Source: Felis catus (Eukaryota). Taken from it: a DNA stretch of 64,000 bases. Below, one piece after another: positions 52,366 through 64,000 of this stretch. The notes beneath the pieces are model-generated. The model made no database searches and was not told the origin of the DNA. It was given only the letters and a program-made list of their open reading frames with translations. Location of the stretch: positions 3,906,001 through 3,970,000 of the forward strand of contig NC_058368.1 of NCBI RefSeq assembly GCF_018350175.1, read 5' to 3'. How positions within the stretch are numbered: the stretch's first letter is position 1; each line of letters opens with the position of its first letter. The translations under genes were made by a program, and so were the position numbers.

Positions 52366-52559
52366 AGTGGATTTGTAGGGATTAAAGTATAATATGAAAT
52401 ATTCTGAATATTAACATTTTTCCTGTTAACATTCTATTTTTAATGTTTATACACTCAAATTTATTTACAATTTCATTCATTACATCTGGATTTTAAGACA
52501 TAATTTGAAACTTTCCTTACAGAAAGAGGAAGTCAGGCATGTTGCTTGTCTGGTTTTGC

Positions 52560-53095
52560 CTTTTTACATTACGATACATTTTAGATCCCTGATGCCTTTA
52601 GAGTTTATTCCTGTATCAGGTATCAGGTGTGAAGTGTGGGTCTAATTTTATCTTTTCCAGTCATCCAGCCACCGGAGCCAGCAACTAGATTATCTATTAG
52701 AAATTCCACCTTTGTCGCTACGATTTGAAATAAAACCTTTATCATCTATTAAATTTCCCTATGCATGTGGGTCTGTTTGTGTATTTTCTGTTCTGTTCCC
52801 CTAGTCTTCCTGTTCAGGCCCTAGTCCCAACCTTGTTAAATAGGGTATAAAGTTTATTTTATTTTATTTTATTTTATTTTATTGAGTTTATTTATTTATT
52901 TTGAGTTGGGGAGAAGCAGAGAGAAGGAGAGAGAGAATCCCAAGTAGGATCCATACGGGCAGCACGGAGCCTGATATGGGGCTCGAACCCGCAAACCATG
53001 GGATCATGACCTGAGCCGAAACCAAGACTTGGACGCTTAACCAGCTGAGCCATGCACGTGCCCCTATAAAATATAGTTTAATGTCTGGTAGGACT

Positions 53096-53142
<47 letters not shown>

Positions 53143-54480
53143 CTCTCTCTCTGTCACACACATGCACACATACCCTCGTAGCTTTCAATATTTCTCTGCC
53201 AGTTCTTGCTTATTTTTCCGAACTTGAGCATTAACTTATCTAGTTCAAGAAAAGCATATTCTTTTATTAGGATTATCTTAAATTCATAAATTAACTCGGG
53301 GAAAACTGCCATCTTTATGTCATTATTTACCCGAGAAACATGGGATGTCTTTCCATTTGTTGAAATCCACTTTTGCCCTTTCAGGAATACTTAAAAGTTT
53401 TCCTTATGTATGTTTTTCACATTTCTTGGAAGTTTACCGCTAAGCTCGGCACCCAGGTGGCTCAGTTGAGTATCCAACTTCGGCTCGGGTCATGACCTCA
53501 GTTCGTGAGTTCAAGCCCCACATCTGGCTCTCTGCTGTCAGCACAAAGCCAGCTTCAGACCCTCTGTCTCCCTCTCTCTGCCCCTCCCCTGCTCGCTCAC
53601 TCTCTCTCTCCCTCTCTCTCAGAAATAAAGATTTTCTTTTAAAAAGTTTACCCCTAAGCTCACTTTTGTCGCGATTATATCCCCTAACAAGTTACCACTG
53701 TGGATATGAAAGCTACTGATTGCCGTGTGATAATTTTATATAAACAACCTTACCAAACTTTTTATTCTTTGAGTCAGTTTTATGTTGGCTCATTAGGGTT
53801 TTCAGGTACGCTGTCCTATCATCTGCAGATAAATATACTATTGTGCCTTCTTTTCCAACTCTGTGTCTCGGATTCGTTTCTGATATCTCATCCCATGTCC
53901 CAGCACTGTTAGCGCCACGTGAGAAAGAAGTGGGCGTAGCGTAATCCTTGCCTTTTCCCAGTCTGAATGCAGATGCCCCCGGTGTTCCCCCATGAAGACG
54001 ATGTGAATACGTGTTTTATAAAGCAAATAAATACCAGTTTCTATTTTGTGTTGAATGGCCGTTAGACTTTGTCAAAGACTCTTTAGCCCTTGTGGAGATG
54101 GCCATGTTTCTGTGTTCTTTAGGTGTGTTAATACAGTGGATCATGTTCATGGGTTTTCTCATACCACACCAATCTTGCATTCATGGAATCAATTCTACTT
54201 GGTCACGGTGCATTCTTTTCTTAAATTGGTGTTCAATTCCACCTGCCAATATTCTATCTAGAACCTTCGCGTTCATATACCTTTGGTGATGTCAGTCTGT
54301 AACTTTCTTGTTTGTGTGCTATTTTCGTAAGGTTTAGGTAACTATGTTATCCATGCTTTTCAAGAATGGGGAAGATTTCCCTTATTTTCAGTGTTCTGGA
54401 ATGATTTGTTGACAATTGGGATGCTCTGATCTCTGAAGGTTTTTGGTGGAATTCTCCCTGGAACCATATGGGCCTGATTA
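52560..54480 (-). mobile_element. Old antisense L1M ORF2 fragments, interrupted by SINECs (about 52853-53064 minus; about 53448-53640 plus) and a (CT)n run (about 53099-53152)
   Basis: tcatctgcagataa, catgggatgtctttccatttgttg, ccaatcttgcattcatggaatcaattctacttggtca. Confidence 0.75.
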
Positions 54481-54519
54481 ATTTTTTAAATATAATTCCT
54501 TAAGAGTGCAATTCTTCTT

Positions 54520-55174
54520 GGGGCGCCTGGGTGGCTCAGTCAGGTAAGCGTCTGACTTCAGCTCAGGTCATGATCTCACAGTTCGTGAGTTTAAGCCCCG
54601 CGTCAGGCTCTGTGCTGACGGCTCGGAGCCTGCAGCCTGCTTCAGATCCTGTGTCTCCCTCTCTCTCTGCCCCTTCCTCGCTCCTGCTCTGTCTGTCTGT
54701 CTCTCTCTCTCTCTCAAAAATAAATTAATATTAAAAATTAAAAAAAAAAAAGCTTCCAGCTTCAGCTCAGGTCATGATCTCACAGTTTGTGGGTTCGAGC
54801 CCTGCGTCGGGCTCTGTGCTGACAGCTCAGATCCTGGAACCTGCTTTCGATTCTTTGTCTCCGTCTCTCTGCCCCTCCCTCACTCCTTCTCTGTCTCTCT
54901 CTGTCAAGAGTAAATAAACATTAAAAAAAAAATAGTGCAATCCTTCTTTTACTGATTTTTAAAAAAGTTTTTAACACGTATTTATTTTTTGAGAGACAGA
55001 GAGGGAGTGCGAGCGGGGTAGGGGCAGAGAGAGAGGGAGACACAGAATCGAAAGCAGGTTCCAGGCTCTGAGCTGTCAACACAGAGCCTGATGTGGAGCT
55101 CAAACTCATGAACCATGAGATAGTTACCTGAGCCAAAGTCGAATGCTTAACCGACTGAGCCACCCAGGCACCCC
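54520..55174. mobile_element. Cluster of three SINECs: plus full (54520-54751), plus 5'-truncated (about 54761-54933), minus full (about 54955-55174)
   Basis: agtgcaatYcttctt at 54505-54519 and 54934-54948; caattcttctt recurs at 55175. Confidence 0.92.
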
Positions 55175-55707
55175 CAATTCTTCTTCTTGGAGAAATTAGT
55201 CTGTTTAAACCTTTACCTTTATAAGGGTCAATGTTGATCAACTGTTTTTGCCTAGGTAATTATTAATGTATTCTTGGTTTTCACATATATTTGCATATGG
55301 TCTGAAAGTGTTATCTTGGGAATATTTTAATTCCTTCTCTTTCCGTGTTTTTTGAAACAACTCATTGATAAAAAATCAGTGTCTACAAATGCATGATTAA
55401 CAAATGAAGCATCGAATTGATCTCACACAGCTTGCATAATCACATTCCTCATCCCAAGTATTTATTTTTCATTTATCACAGGTTACTATTCCAAGTCTAC
55501 TTAAATAGTGAAAGTAATTTGTGCCTCATGGTGATTGGCAGTTTATGGTGTGGCTCGTTTTCCTTAATTCTAGAAATTCCAAGAAAAAAGAAAAAGTCAT
55601 AAAATATCAAAACAAAACATAGTACATTTAGTCAACTCAACAAGTGGAAACAGTTTAAAGAATTGAAAGTTTCATCCAAAAACAGGGAAAAAAAAGGAAA
55701 CAAAGGA

Positions 55708-55830
55708 GGGGGTCTGCCTGGCTGGCTCAGTCAGTGAAGCCTATGACTCAGCACCTTGGAGGTGGGGGTTCCAGCAGTACATTGGGTGTAGACATTACTT
55801 AAAAAATAAAATCTTAAAAAAAAAAAAAAA
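55708..55830 (+). mobile_element. Short or older SINEC
   Basis: gcctggctggctcagtcagtgaagcctatgactc...acattgggtgtagacattacttaaaaaataaa plus A tail. Confidence 0.8.
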
Positions 55831-57508
55831 GAAGTTTCATCCAGGAACAGAATAGTGAAAATAAACCCTTAGGAACTTGAGTGTATTGGAAAACACTGTT
55901 TGGGCATTAGGAAGGGAACGAATGCTTTCACAACCACATTTGCTTTTCAGATTTAGGTCTTTGATCCAACCAGATTTGTTTTTCGTGTGGGGTATATCTC
56001 ATGTTTCAGTTTCTCAAATTTCTGGATTTAACCCCCTACCGACAGTAAAGTTCCTAACTTTTAATAGGGGAATTGACCGTTTATATTGATTGTTACCACT
56101 GACATACTTGACGTATTTCTGTGGTATTATGTTTTATTTACTGTGCTTGTTCATTTCATTTTTTCTTCTTACTGACCTTTGGTTAGATCAAGAAGCTTTT
56201 CCTTATTTTCCCTCTGGTGTTTTCCTCTACTGGTTCCGTTTTTATTCTTGTAATGGTTACCCTTTATATTTTACATGCATGGAGATAAATTAATACTTTC
56301 TGATGAAGTTTAAGTGATTATCATTCTCTTCCCAAATTATAAAAAAAAAAAATTTAAGTTATTCCCATCTTGTTTCCACTTTGCTTTTACTCATATCTCC
56401 GTTTTCTGTTTTTCAAGCAATACCTACTCAGCTTTACCCACACAGTGTGTTGATTATCCTAATGTCCACCATTAGATGGTGCTTGCAAAATAGTCTTTTT
56501 GCAAAATACTGCTTCTTGCAAAATACTCTTTTCCTCTGGTTTTAGTTCCTAGAAGCACTGTATAGATAGTAAACTTTTCCCTCTGGGCCTGAAATGTCTA
56601 GTCCCTTCATAGTGGAATGATAGTTAAGCTGGGATAGATTTTTAGGCCGATGGTAAATTTTCATCAGCATTCTCGAGATATTATTCATTACCTTTGGGTC
56701 TTTGGTGAGCAATTTTCATTCTGAATATTTCTCATTAATCTCAAAGTTTTGCAGTTCTACCGCCAAGTGTCTGGGTGCCGGGTATGTCTTAATTCATACT
56801 TGGGTATTAGGTTGCCACTTCAATGTTAGGAACTCTTGTTATTTGTGAATTCTGGAAAGTGATTAACCGTGACCTCGTCATTTCTGTGTCTTCTCATTCT
56901 CCAGAGTACAGGCGTTCTTCACTTGTGGTCTGTGGATCCCCTGGGTATCCAAGAATAGAATTTAGCGGGCTAATGATTTTGAACGTGAAAAAGAAATCCT
57001 TCATTTTCGCTGACCTCCAATTCACATTTTGCATTCCTCCAGCTATAAATGAGAGGCAACAAACCACAGTAGTATCAGCAGTTTCTTTGACTTCTTCGTC
57101 TGTAGAAGCCAGAGGTACCTCAAGTATCACGTAAAGGTTATAGCTAGTATCACAGAATACGTTACACACTCTTCCCTGCTTTGAAATCACACTAGTTGTA
57201 AGACCTCCGACCAGATCTTATTTAATACATTACTAAACAAGCTCATAAATTGCTGTATCACCCATTGAAAGATATTTTTACATTTGTATTTAAAAGTCAT
57301 TAGTTCCCTTTGAAATTCTATGTGCTTTATTTTATGCATTGAAAAACATTAAGCTTCTATTTCAGATTTTACATTTCTCGTTTTTCCACTGAATTGCCAA
57401 AGCCACATTACAGCGTCCTATTCTCTTTTCATATGTGGCACGCCTCCCATTTAGCCTGCCGGAAGACTTCAATTTTTTTATTTCATGAATTTCTACTTAC
57501 TTGGTTTT

Positions 57509-57708
57509 CATTTTTTTTAAAGTTTCACTTATTAATTTTTGTGTGTGTGAGCGAGAGAGAGGCAGAGGAAGTGACAGAGAATCCTAAGCAGGCTCCGTGC
57601 TGGGAGCGTGGAGCCTGACTGGGGGCTCGATCTCACAAACCGTGAGATCATACACAAAACCAAAATCAAGAGTCGTTCGCCCAGCCAGCTAAGCCGCCCA
57701 GGCGCACC
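57509..57708 (-). mobile_element. SINEC
   Basis: Antisense copy with imperfect TSD ctRcttacYtggtttt. Confidence 0.85.
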
Positions 57709-59247
57709 TGCTTACCTGGTTTTTAAGTCTTTCTTTTTCTACTCTGGTCTTGTTCTGTGAGCATTGATTTATCTCTTTGGATGCCCTGAACTTAGTTACG
57801 TGTTAGTCCCTTTCTGGCTGATCTGTTATCTCTAGTTCCTCATGTTGAGAGATTCGCCCATGTGGTTTGGCAATTCTGGGCATTCATGCCCTTTGGCCCT
57901 TCATCTGAGAGAAGGGGTCGGGGAGACCCTTCCATTTGCCTTTCATGTCTGTTTCACTTTCACTTCTGCCCGGGCCCTGCAGGGGGCACTGTTCTGAAGC
58001 CAGGGTTTATAAGTATTTCTCAGGTTGGGCTCCTGCAAGGCCTGAATAGTGTGTGTGTTTGGGTTCTACACTAATGCATGATTGAAGACTCTCTGCTCAC
58101 ATCCCCGAACGAGCAGCCTGCTTTAGGGTTGTTACCATGCTGCGTTTCACCTCCCATCTGTGTGCCCAGAGCCCGTTGCCAAACACCTCTGTTCCGCCCC
58201 CCCCCACCCCCTTCCCGTAGTTGGCCACAACTCCTTCCTTGTAGAGATTTAAAATACCAGTCCACATGGCATTAGTCTGCCCAGTACCTCCAGGGCTCCA
58301 GCATTTCAACTCCCACTCATCACTCTAGGAGTTTCTTGTGTTTCTGGCACAATGAAAATGCCCTTTGCTTGTTGTTTTTTATGCCTAGTATGTGTTTTAA
58401 TGTATTTTGTTTTCCCATTGTGTTTTAGCCAGCATTTATGTGCAAGTGGGCACTGAGAGGAGAGCTCTGAGCTGCTTATCTGTCTTGAGCAGACTCAATA
58501 GATTTGTCTGTAAAACATAGCTGGAATCGGGTCGTTCCTCTGCTTACAGCCTTTCCTCTGCTTGAATGTTAGACTCCTAAAGGCAGCAAGCTTGTCTGCC
58601 TTGTTTGCTACTGTTTTCTACAAACCTAGAACAGCACATAATAGGGACTTCATAAATAAGGGTGAAATGAATTAAATGCATTTTCCCCCACCACGTTTAG
58701 ATTAAAGACGAACACAGTGAACAGGGCCTCGCGGTCGGCGTGGTCTGCCAGGGGACCCGATCCAGCCCTTGCGTGATTTGGCCAGTGCTGCCTCAAGGCC
58801 AGCTTTTCTCGTCAGTTTGCGTTTATGCTCCCTGCTCCCTCATCCTCTTTGCAAAATTTGGGCTTAATGGGAGCCCGAAAGGGCTTGAAATCAAAACATT
58901 ATCCATACGTTTCAATAACTTTTCCCCTTTGTTTGAATGGCACTAACATGACAGGAGCAAGAAATATTATAATCAGATGTGATTGACCAGTTACATGCCC
59001 TAAACTCAAAAATGAATACGGGCCAAAGTTTGGGAAGTTACTGAATTCTGTGTGTCTTTACTTAAAAAGGAACACAGCTTAAAACTCACCTGCTTTGACA
59101 ATCACATTATCTTAATTAATTGTATTTTTATAACCCGAATTGTGTGTGAGCATGTTTGTGTATTTACACACACAGCTTATTTATTTAGTGTATTTCTGGA
59201 GCAGTGTTCAAAACTTTTTGTTCCTCGTGTAAGTCACGAGTAAATAT

Positions 59248-59437
59248 GTTTTTTGAATGTTTATTTATTTGAGAGAGTGGGGGAGGGGCAGAGAGAGAGG
59301 GAGAGAGAGAATCCCAAGCAGGCTCTGTGCTGTCAGTGCAAAGCCCAGCACGGGGCTCGATCCCACAAACTATGAGATTATGACCTGAGCTGAAATCAAG
59401 AGCCGGACACTCAACCGACAGCCACCCAGACACCCCC
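59248..59437 (-). mobile_element. SINEC with 13-bp TSD
   Basis: TSD CACGAGTAAATAT at 59235-59247 and 59441-59453. Confidence 0.92.
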
Positions 59438-60734
59438 GGCCACGAGTAAATATTTATATGTTCCTATTTGAAGAAAGGGCTCGATATCTAACCGGCAAAC
59501 TAAAATATAACAAAAGAGAAAAAAGTAAGTTCTTTTATATCTGACTGTTGCTCAGCGTGTTCATGGAAATGTGTACTTCAGAGCTGTCTAATCACAGCCT
59601 TTTTTGGTAAAATGTGTCTTAACTTGTGCCGAACTGATACGTTTCATCTTCAAGGTCAGAAGTGATGCAAAGGGGAAGACATTTGCTATTCCAGAAACAC
59701 CGTATTATGACCTGGCTAAGAACTGGTGATTGGTCCTGACTAATGGACCTGACTAGTGGAGTCATTTTGTGGTTTGATGACTGATCTTGAAGCACACTTG
59801 CCTTCACTAGGGTCTTCAAGATCACCAGTGGTTTGCCTAAAAGGGACCAGACCTCTGCAAGTTGCTTCCATGCTTTTCTCCCTTCCTTTCCTTCCCCATC
59901 CCCCCTCCCTTTCTTTCTATCAATCCAGGCAGGAAAAATGTAGATAATTAGCAGATGGCAAAGTGGCAAAATGGGCAGGCAATCCACAGACCGAATCATC
60001 TGGATATATCTAAGTGTTACCCCATAACCTAAGCTTAACATAATTTGACCAATACATCCCATACATATCTCTTAAGTGTTTTCTTGTACTCGATGTAAAT
60101 ATAAATTTCACAACGCGTAACATCAAATTTTTCATATTGAGATGTACATAAAAAAAAACGAAACTTTGTTTTCTGTAACAAAGAGTGGTAGACAAAAAAC
60201 TTGCCAATTGAAGGTAACAGTTCCTCCAGAGTCAAAGGTCTATGGGGTAGATATTCAATCAGTTCAAATGCTAATTAACGATCTAGATACTTCTGTCCTC
60301 TGGAGCCGCTCCCTTTGTCTCCCCTGCCCAGGCCTACCCTAATCTTACCCTGCCGTGGGTGGATCACAGACCTGTACCCTGTATCCTGTTCCACTTCTTA
60401 CTGATCTTTAAACATTTCAGTCAAATCAGCCTTCCAGACTTTGGGGTTGGGTTGCCTTAGGTTGGGTCGGGCGTTGCCTTGGGTTGAACCTTTCAAGTGA
60501 TCATGGTGTGCCATCTGGTGGAAATTTAGTGTTTTTTCAGGCAGAGGCAAATGGCATTTCTCTGATCCATATATTCCCGGCTCTGTATCTATGTTTGACT
60601 TAGTCCCAAGGAGATTCTGATAGATTTTACAAAAACAAAGCCAGCTGAGGCCAGTCTCCATCCTGCCAGTATATCGACTCTACCAGTTCATTTCTTTCCC
60701 AAAAGAAATCTTTGCCTTTGTAACCCTCCTAAGC

Positions 60735-60767
<33 letters not shown>

Positions 60768-61256
60768 ACAAAACCTCAAGACTAAACATGCATTCTATTT
60801 TATGAACAGGTGGCAAATGAACATGTTATCCTTCCTTAAATCTGTCTTTTTCCCCCAAACAAGTTTGAGTTTTCACTAAAAAGAAAGCTTTACAGAGTTT
60901 TCACAAGTAGCAATTTCTTTTGGTGTGTAATATGCAGGGTGCTTAACCCTGCCATCTGAAACTACTACGTAGGGGTAGGGCTGTCTAATGTTTTATCCGT
61001 TTTTAGAGGATACTGATTTCGTAGACTCTCACTGATGGCAAGTTAATTTCCTTACTGAAACTAACACATTATTTCCGGATTGGTCAATAAGGCGTATACA
61101 CTCTAGTGGGATTCAAGCACGACACGATGGTGCTTTATACTTTATTAGTTATATTTTCATGCAACGCCATTCAGTCAGTGAGGGATTCCTGGGGAATCAT
61201 TTTTAATACTGTTTTTTTTTGTTTGTGTGTTTGTTTGTTTCTTTACCTCATTTCAG

Positions 61257-61380
61257 ATTAGAGTCTCCCACACGGAGTCTAAGCATGGATGCCCCAAAGG
61301 GTGTTCATATTAAAGCTCATGCTGGGAAAATCGAGGCCCTTTCTCAAATGGATATCGTTTTCCAAAGTAGTGATGGAATG
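61257..61380 (+). CDS. SGCG: Gamma-sarcoglycan coding exon (human exon 7)
   Basis: Long pyrimidine tract, tttcag|ATTAGAG ... GGAATG|gtgagt; 124 nt, phase 2-0; (R)[41 protein letters not shown], also visible in ORF-track entry 61219..61422. Confidence 0.97.
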
Positions 61381-62833
61381 GTGAGTTCAGTGCGCCAGCT
61401 CCTGTTGTGTATTTCCTGGTGATCCTCACATCCATTAAGGTATCGTTAAATTTATGGCCGTCTGTAAACCGACTGGAAAGAAGGCAAGAGACAATCGTGC
61501 ATTTCAAGAAGAGCCAAGAAAGGTTAGAGTTATTCTGTACTGGATCCAGACAGTATTCTTTGCCTGGTATCTGTGCTGTCCAGTCTCTTGTTATTTTCAT
61601 CTGGGAAAGAACACTGCAGATTTGCCGAGCCACTTCCTGTGGATGCGGCTTCTCTCAATATGGCGGTCACTGGGAGCTCCCCATAAATGACAGCCACCAG
61701 CGCGTATTGCCTAGAGCGCTACGCTTTCTCGTACCAAATTAAGTTTGCGTGCAAGTTAAATGTGAAAAATAAGAGCTTTAAAAGCCACAAGAAAGATGAC
61801 ATCTGGAACTTCAAGTCCGGGGATAAAAGGTCACCGACACAAGCCAAAGTGCGTAACAAAGCAGTAGAACGCTTGCTACTCAATATTGATTGTCCTAGTA
61901 CCAGATCAGTTCACAGGTTACCTGTTTGAGTTCGGGGAAGTTAACAGGCCTCTCCGGACCTGGACCTGTCTTCTCATTTGTCAAGTAGGGAAAATAATAC
62001 TTGCTTAATTAACTAAGTCACAGACGATACCAATGTGATAATATGGGTGACAACATTTTTAAATTATGTTAATTTAATATTAACAGGAAGGGACAGTAGT
62101 AGCAAGCGTAGACCATGAGAGGTGGCCCATGTGTGTGGCCAGGACCTGTCCAACGGCAGCCTTCCAGGAGAATAGAACAGTCATCTGGTGAAGCCCCTTC
62201 AAGTTGTACTTAAAACGTTGTGATGTCAGGAGCAGATAGACGCAAACATGAGAAGTCAAGAATTCTGGTATCTCATTACCACATCATAATGTGACTACAT
62301 ACTTCAACTGTATGACCTTGACAAAATACATACCGATTTTAATTTTGAAATAATGTCACTTGTTTCCGTCAATGAGGTCATGTTTATGATTGCATACAGC
62401 CTGACTCATAATTGAAGTTGCTATCCCTTCTTACTGGGAGCTAGCTCCAAGTGAGGAGATGTCTGGCCTCCCACAAGATATATTCCCGTAAAGACCAACG
62501 CAGATGAACAAGGAACTGGTATGCGGACTACTGAGTGACTAGGGTTTGCTAGAAGAGCAGGAAAAAAATAACTAGAAAAGAAACATCACCAAGTAACCAT
62601 AAGAAAGGAGAGCAGACAGAACCCAAAGACTGGACAATAGCATGAGTAGGTTCCACGTTTAAAAACAATACAGTACACATTTCCCTTCTTTTCCTCTGAC
62701 CGTGTCCCAGACCACAAGGCAAAGCTTTGCTTCTAATACTGTTCCGTCCACTACTTCACACAGGAGTGGCCAACTTCCCGAGAGTACAGACTGCACACAT
62801 CAGTTTATATACATATATGATCGGAGTCCATGA

Positions 62834-63055
62834 GGGCACCCAGATGGCTGAGTCGGCTGAGCGTCCGACTCTTGGTTTCAGCTCAGGTCATGATCTCACG
62901 GTTATGAGTTCGAGCCCAGCACTGGGCCCTGCACTGCCAGTGCGGAGCCTGCTTGCGATTCTCTGTCTCCCTCCCTTTATGCCCCTCCCACCCTCCCTCT
63001 CTCTCTCTCTCTCTCAAATTAAATAAACTTAAAATTTTTTAAAAGTTAAAAAAAT
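62834..63055 (+). mobile_element. SINEC
   Basis: gggcacccagatggctgagtcggctgagcgtccgactcttggtttcagctcagg, CT tract, A-rich tail. Confidence 0.9.
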
Positions 63056-63488
63056 AAGATTGGAGTTTGTAGATAAGAGTATGTAAATAAAGAAGAGTCC
63101 AGCCTTGTTTGCAGGGAAGAACATTCGGCCTGCCTGCGACACACCTTAATTCCTGCTAACAAGCGAGCGCCCTGGAGTGGGTGAGATTTGGCTACTCGAG
63201 AGGGTTCTTCTTTCTTCGTTCCCAGAATTTCAAACCTCAACTAATGACCATTTGTTTACATTTCAGTTTCAACTAGAATAGGAGCAAAAACCCCAATAGC
63301 TTTTACTCACTTTCAGTTAGCGTTAATCTGTGTGTCTGCTGTTCCTCCACACCTACGAGAAGGCAGCAGAGTTTCAAATATTTTAGAAACTAGGGAAATG
63401 GTTGGTGGCTAATCGGATGAATGTAATTGCCTCTTCTAGGAAAACAAAATCAACAGAAATCCCAACATTCACAGGTAAAAATTGTGAA

Positions 63489-63626
63489 GGGACGCCTGGG
63501 TGGCTCAGTGGGTTAAGCGTCCGACTTTGGCTCAGGTCATGATCTCATGGCTTGTGAGTTCGAGCCCCACATCTGGCTCTGTGCTGACAGCTCAGAGCCT
63601 GGAGCCTGCTTCAGATTGTCTGTCTG

Positions 63627-63658
<32 letters not shown>

Positions 63659-63890
63659 AAAAAAATAAATAAATATTAGGGGCGCCTGGGTGGCTCAGTT
63701 GGTTCAGCGTCTGACTTCGGCTCAGGTCATGATCTCCCAGTTTGTGGGTTCGAGCCCCGCGTCAGGCTCCATGCTGACCGCTCAGAGCCTTGGAGCCTGC
63801 TTCGGATTCTGTGTCTCCCTCTCTTTCCGCCCCTCCCCTGCTTGTGCTTTGTCTCTCTCTCTCTCTCAAAAATAAACGTTGAAAATTTTC
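63489..63890 (+). mobile_element. Tandem pair of SINEC_Fc (63489-63677 and 63679 to about 63890)
   Basis: Second full copy starts directly in the A-rich tail of the first. Confidence 0.93.
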
Positions 63891-64000
63891 TTAAAGAAAG
63901 AAAATCTGATCATATAATGATCATCTAAGACTTAAGTCCCAGGCCTCATTTCATTTTCTATGCGGAGAAAAAACTAATCTGTTTGGAGCATTTGGAGATA

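Overview
Mammalian genomic DNA, almost certainly from a felid: it is dense in SINEC_Fc-type tRNA-derived SINEs and L1_Fc/L1_Carn-type LINE-1s. The whole window lies inside the gamma-sarcoglycan gene (SGCG, + strand). Five internal coding exons are present: 14152-14253, 19137-19224, 27498-27617, 46218-46290 and 61257-61380 (102/88/120/73/124 nt). They match human exons 3-7 as I recall them, all have GT-AG boundaries, and they splice into one uninterrupted frame. The start and stop exons lie outside the window. The rest is intron, filled with SINECs, L1 and L2 fragments, MaLR/ERVL LTRs, hAT-Charlie MITEs and microsatellites, plus one full-length but disabled sense-oriented L1 (29013-35701, 13-bp TSD). 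The most notable observations are: (1) an antisense YY1/NRF1/CTCF motif cluster, a Kozak-ATG 109-aa ORF and an internal splice donor in that L1 5'UTR, resembling primate L1 ORF0; (2) retrotransposition oddities, namely a SINE with a re-primed duplicate 3' end, a micro 3' transduction and repeated opposite-strand insertions at shared sites; (3) a dispersed 155-bp duplication; (4) MEF2 and GATA motif clusters. No prokaryote-type system is present. Repeat family names come from visual recognition, not a database search.
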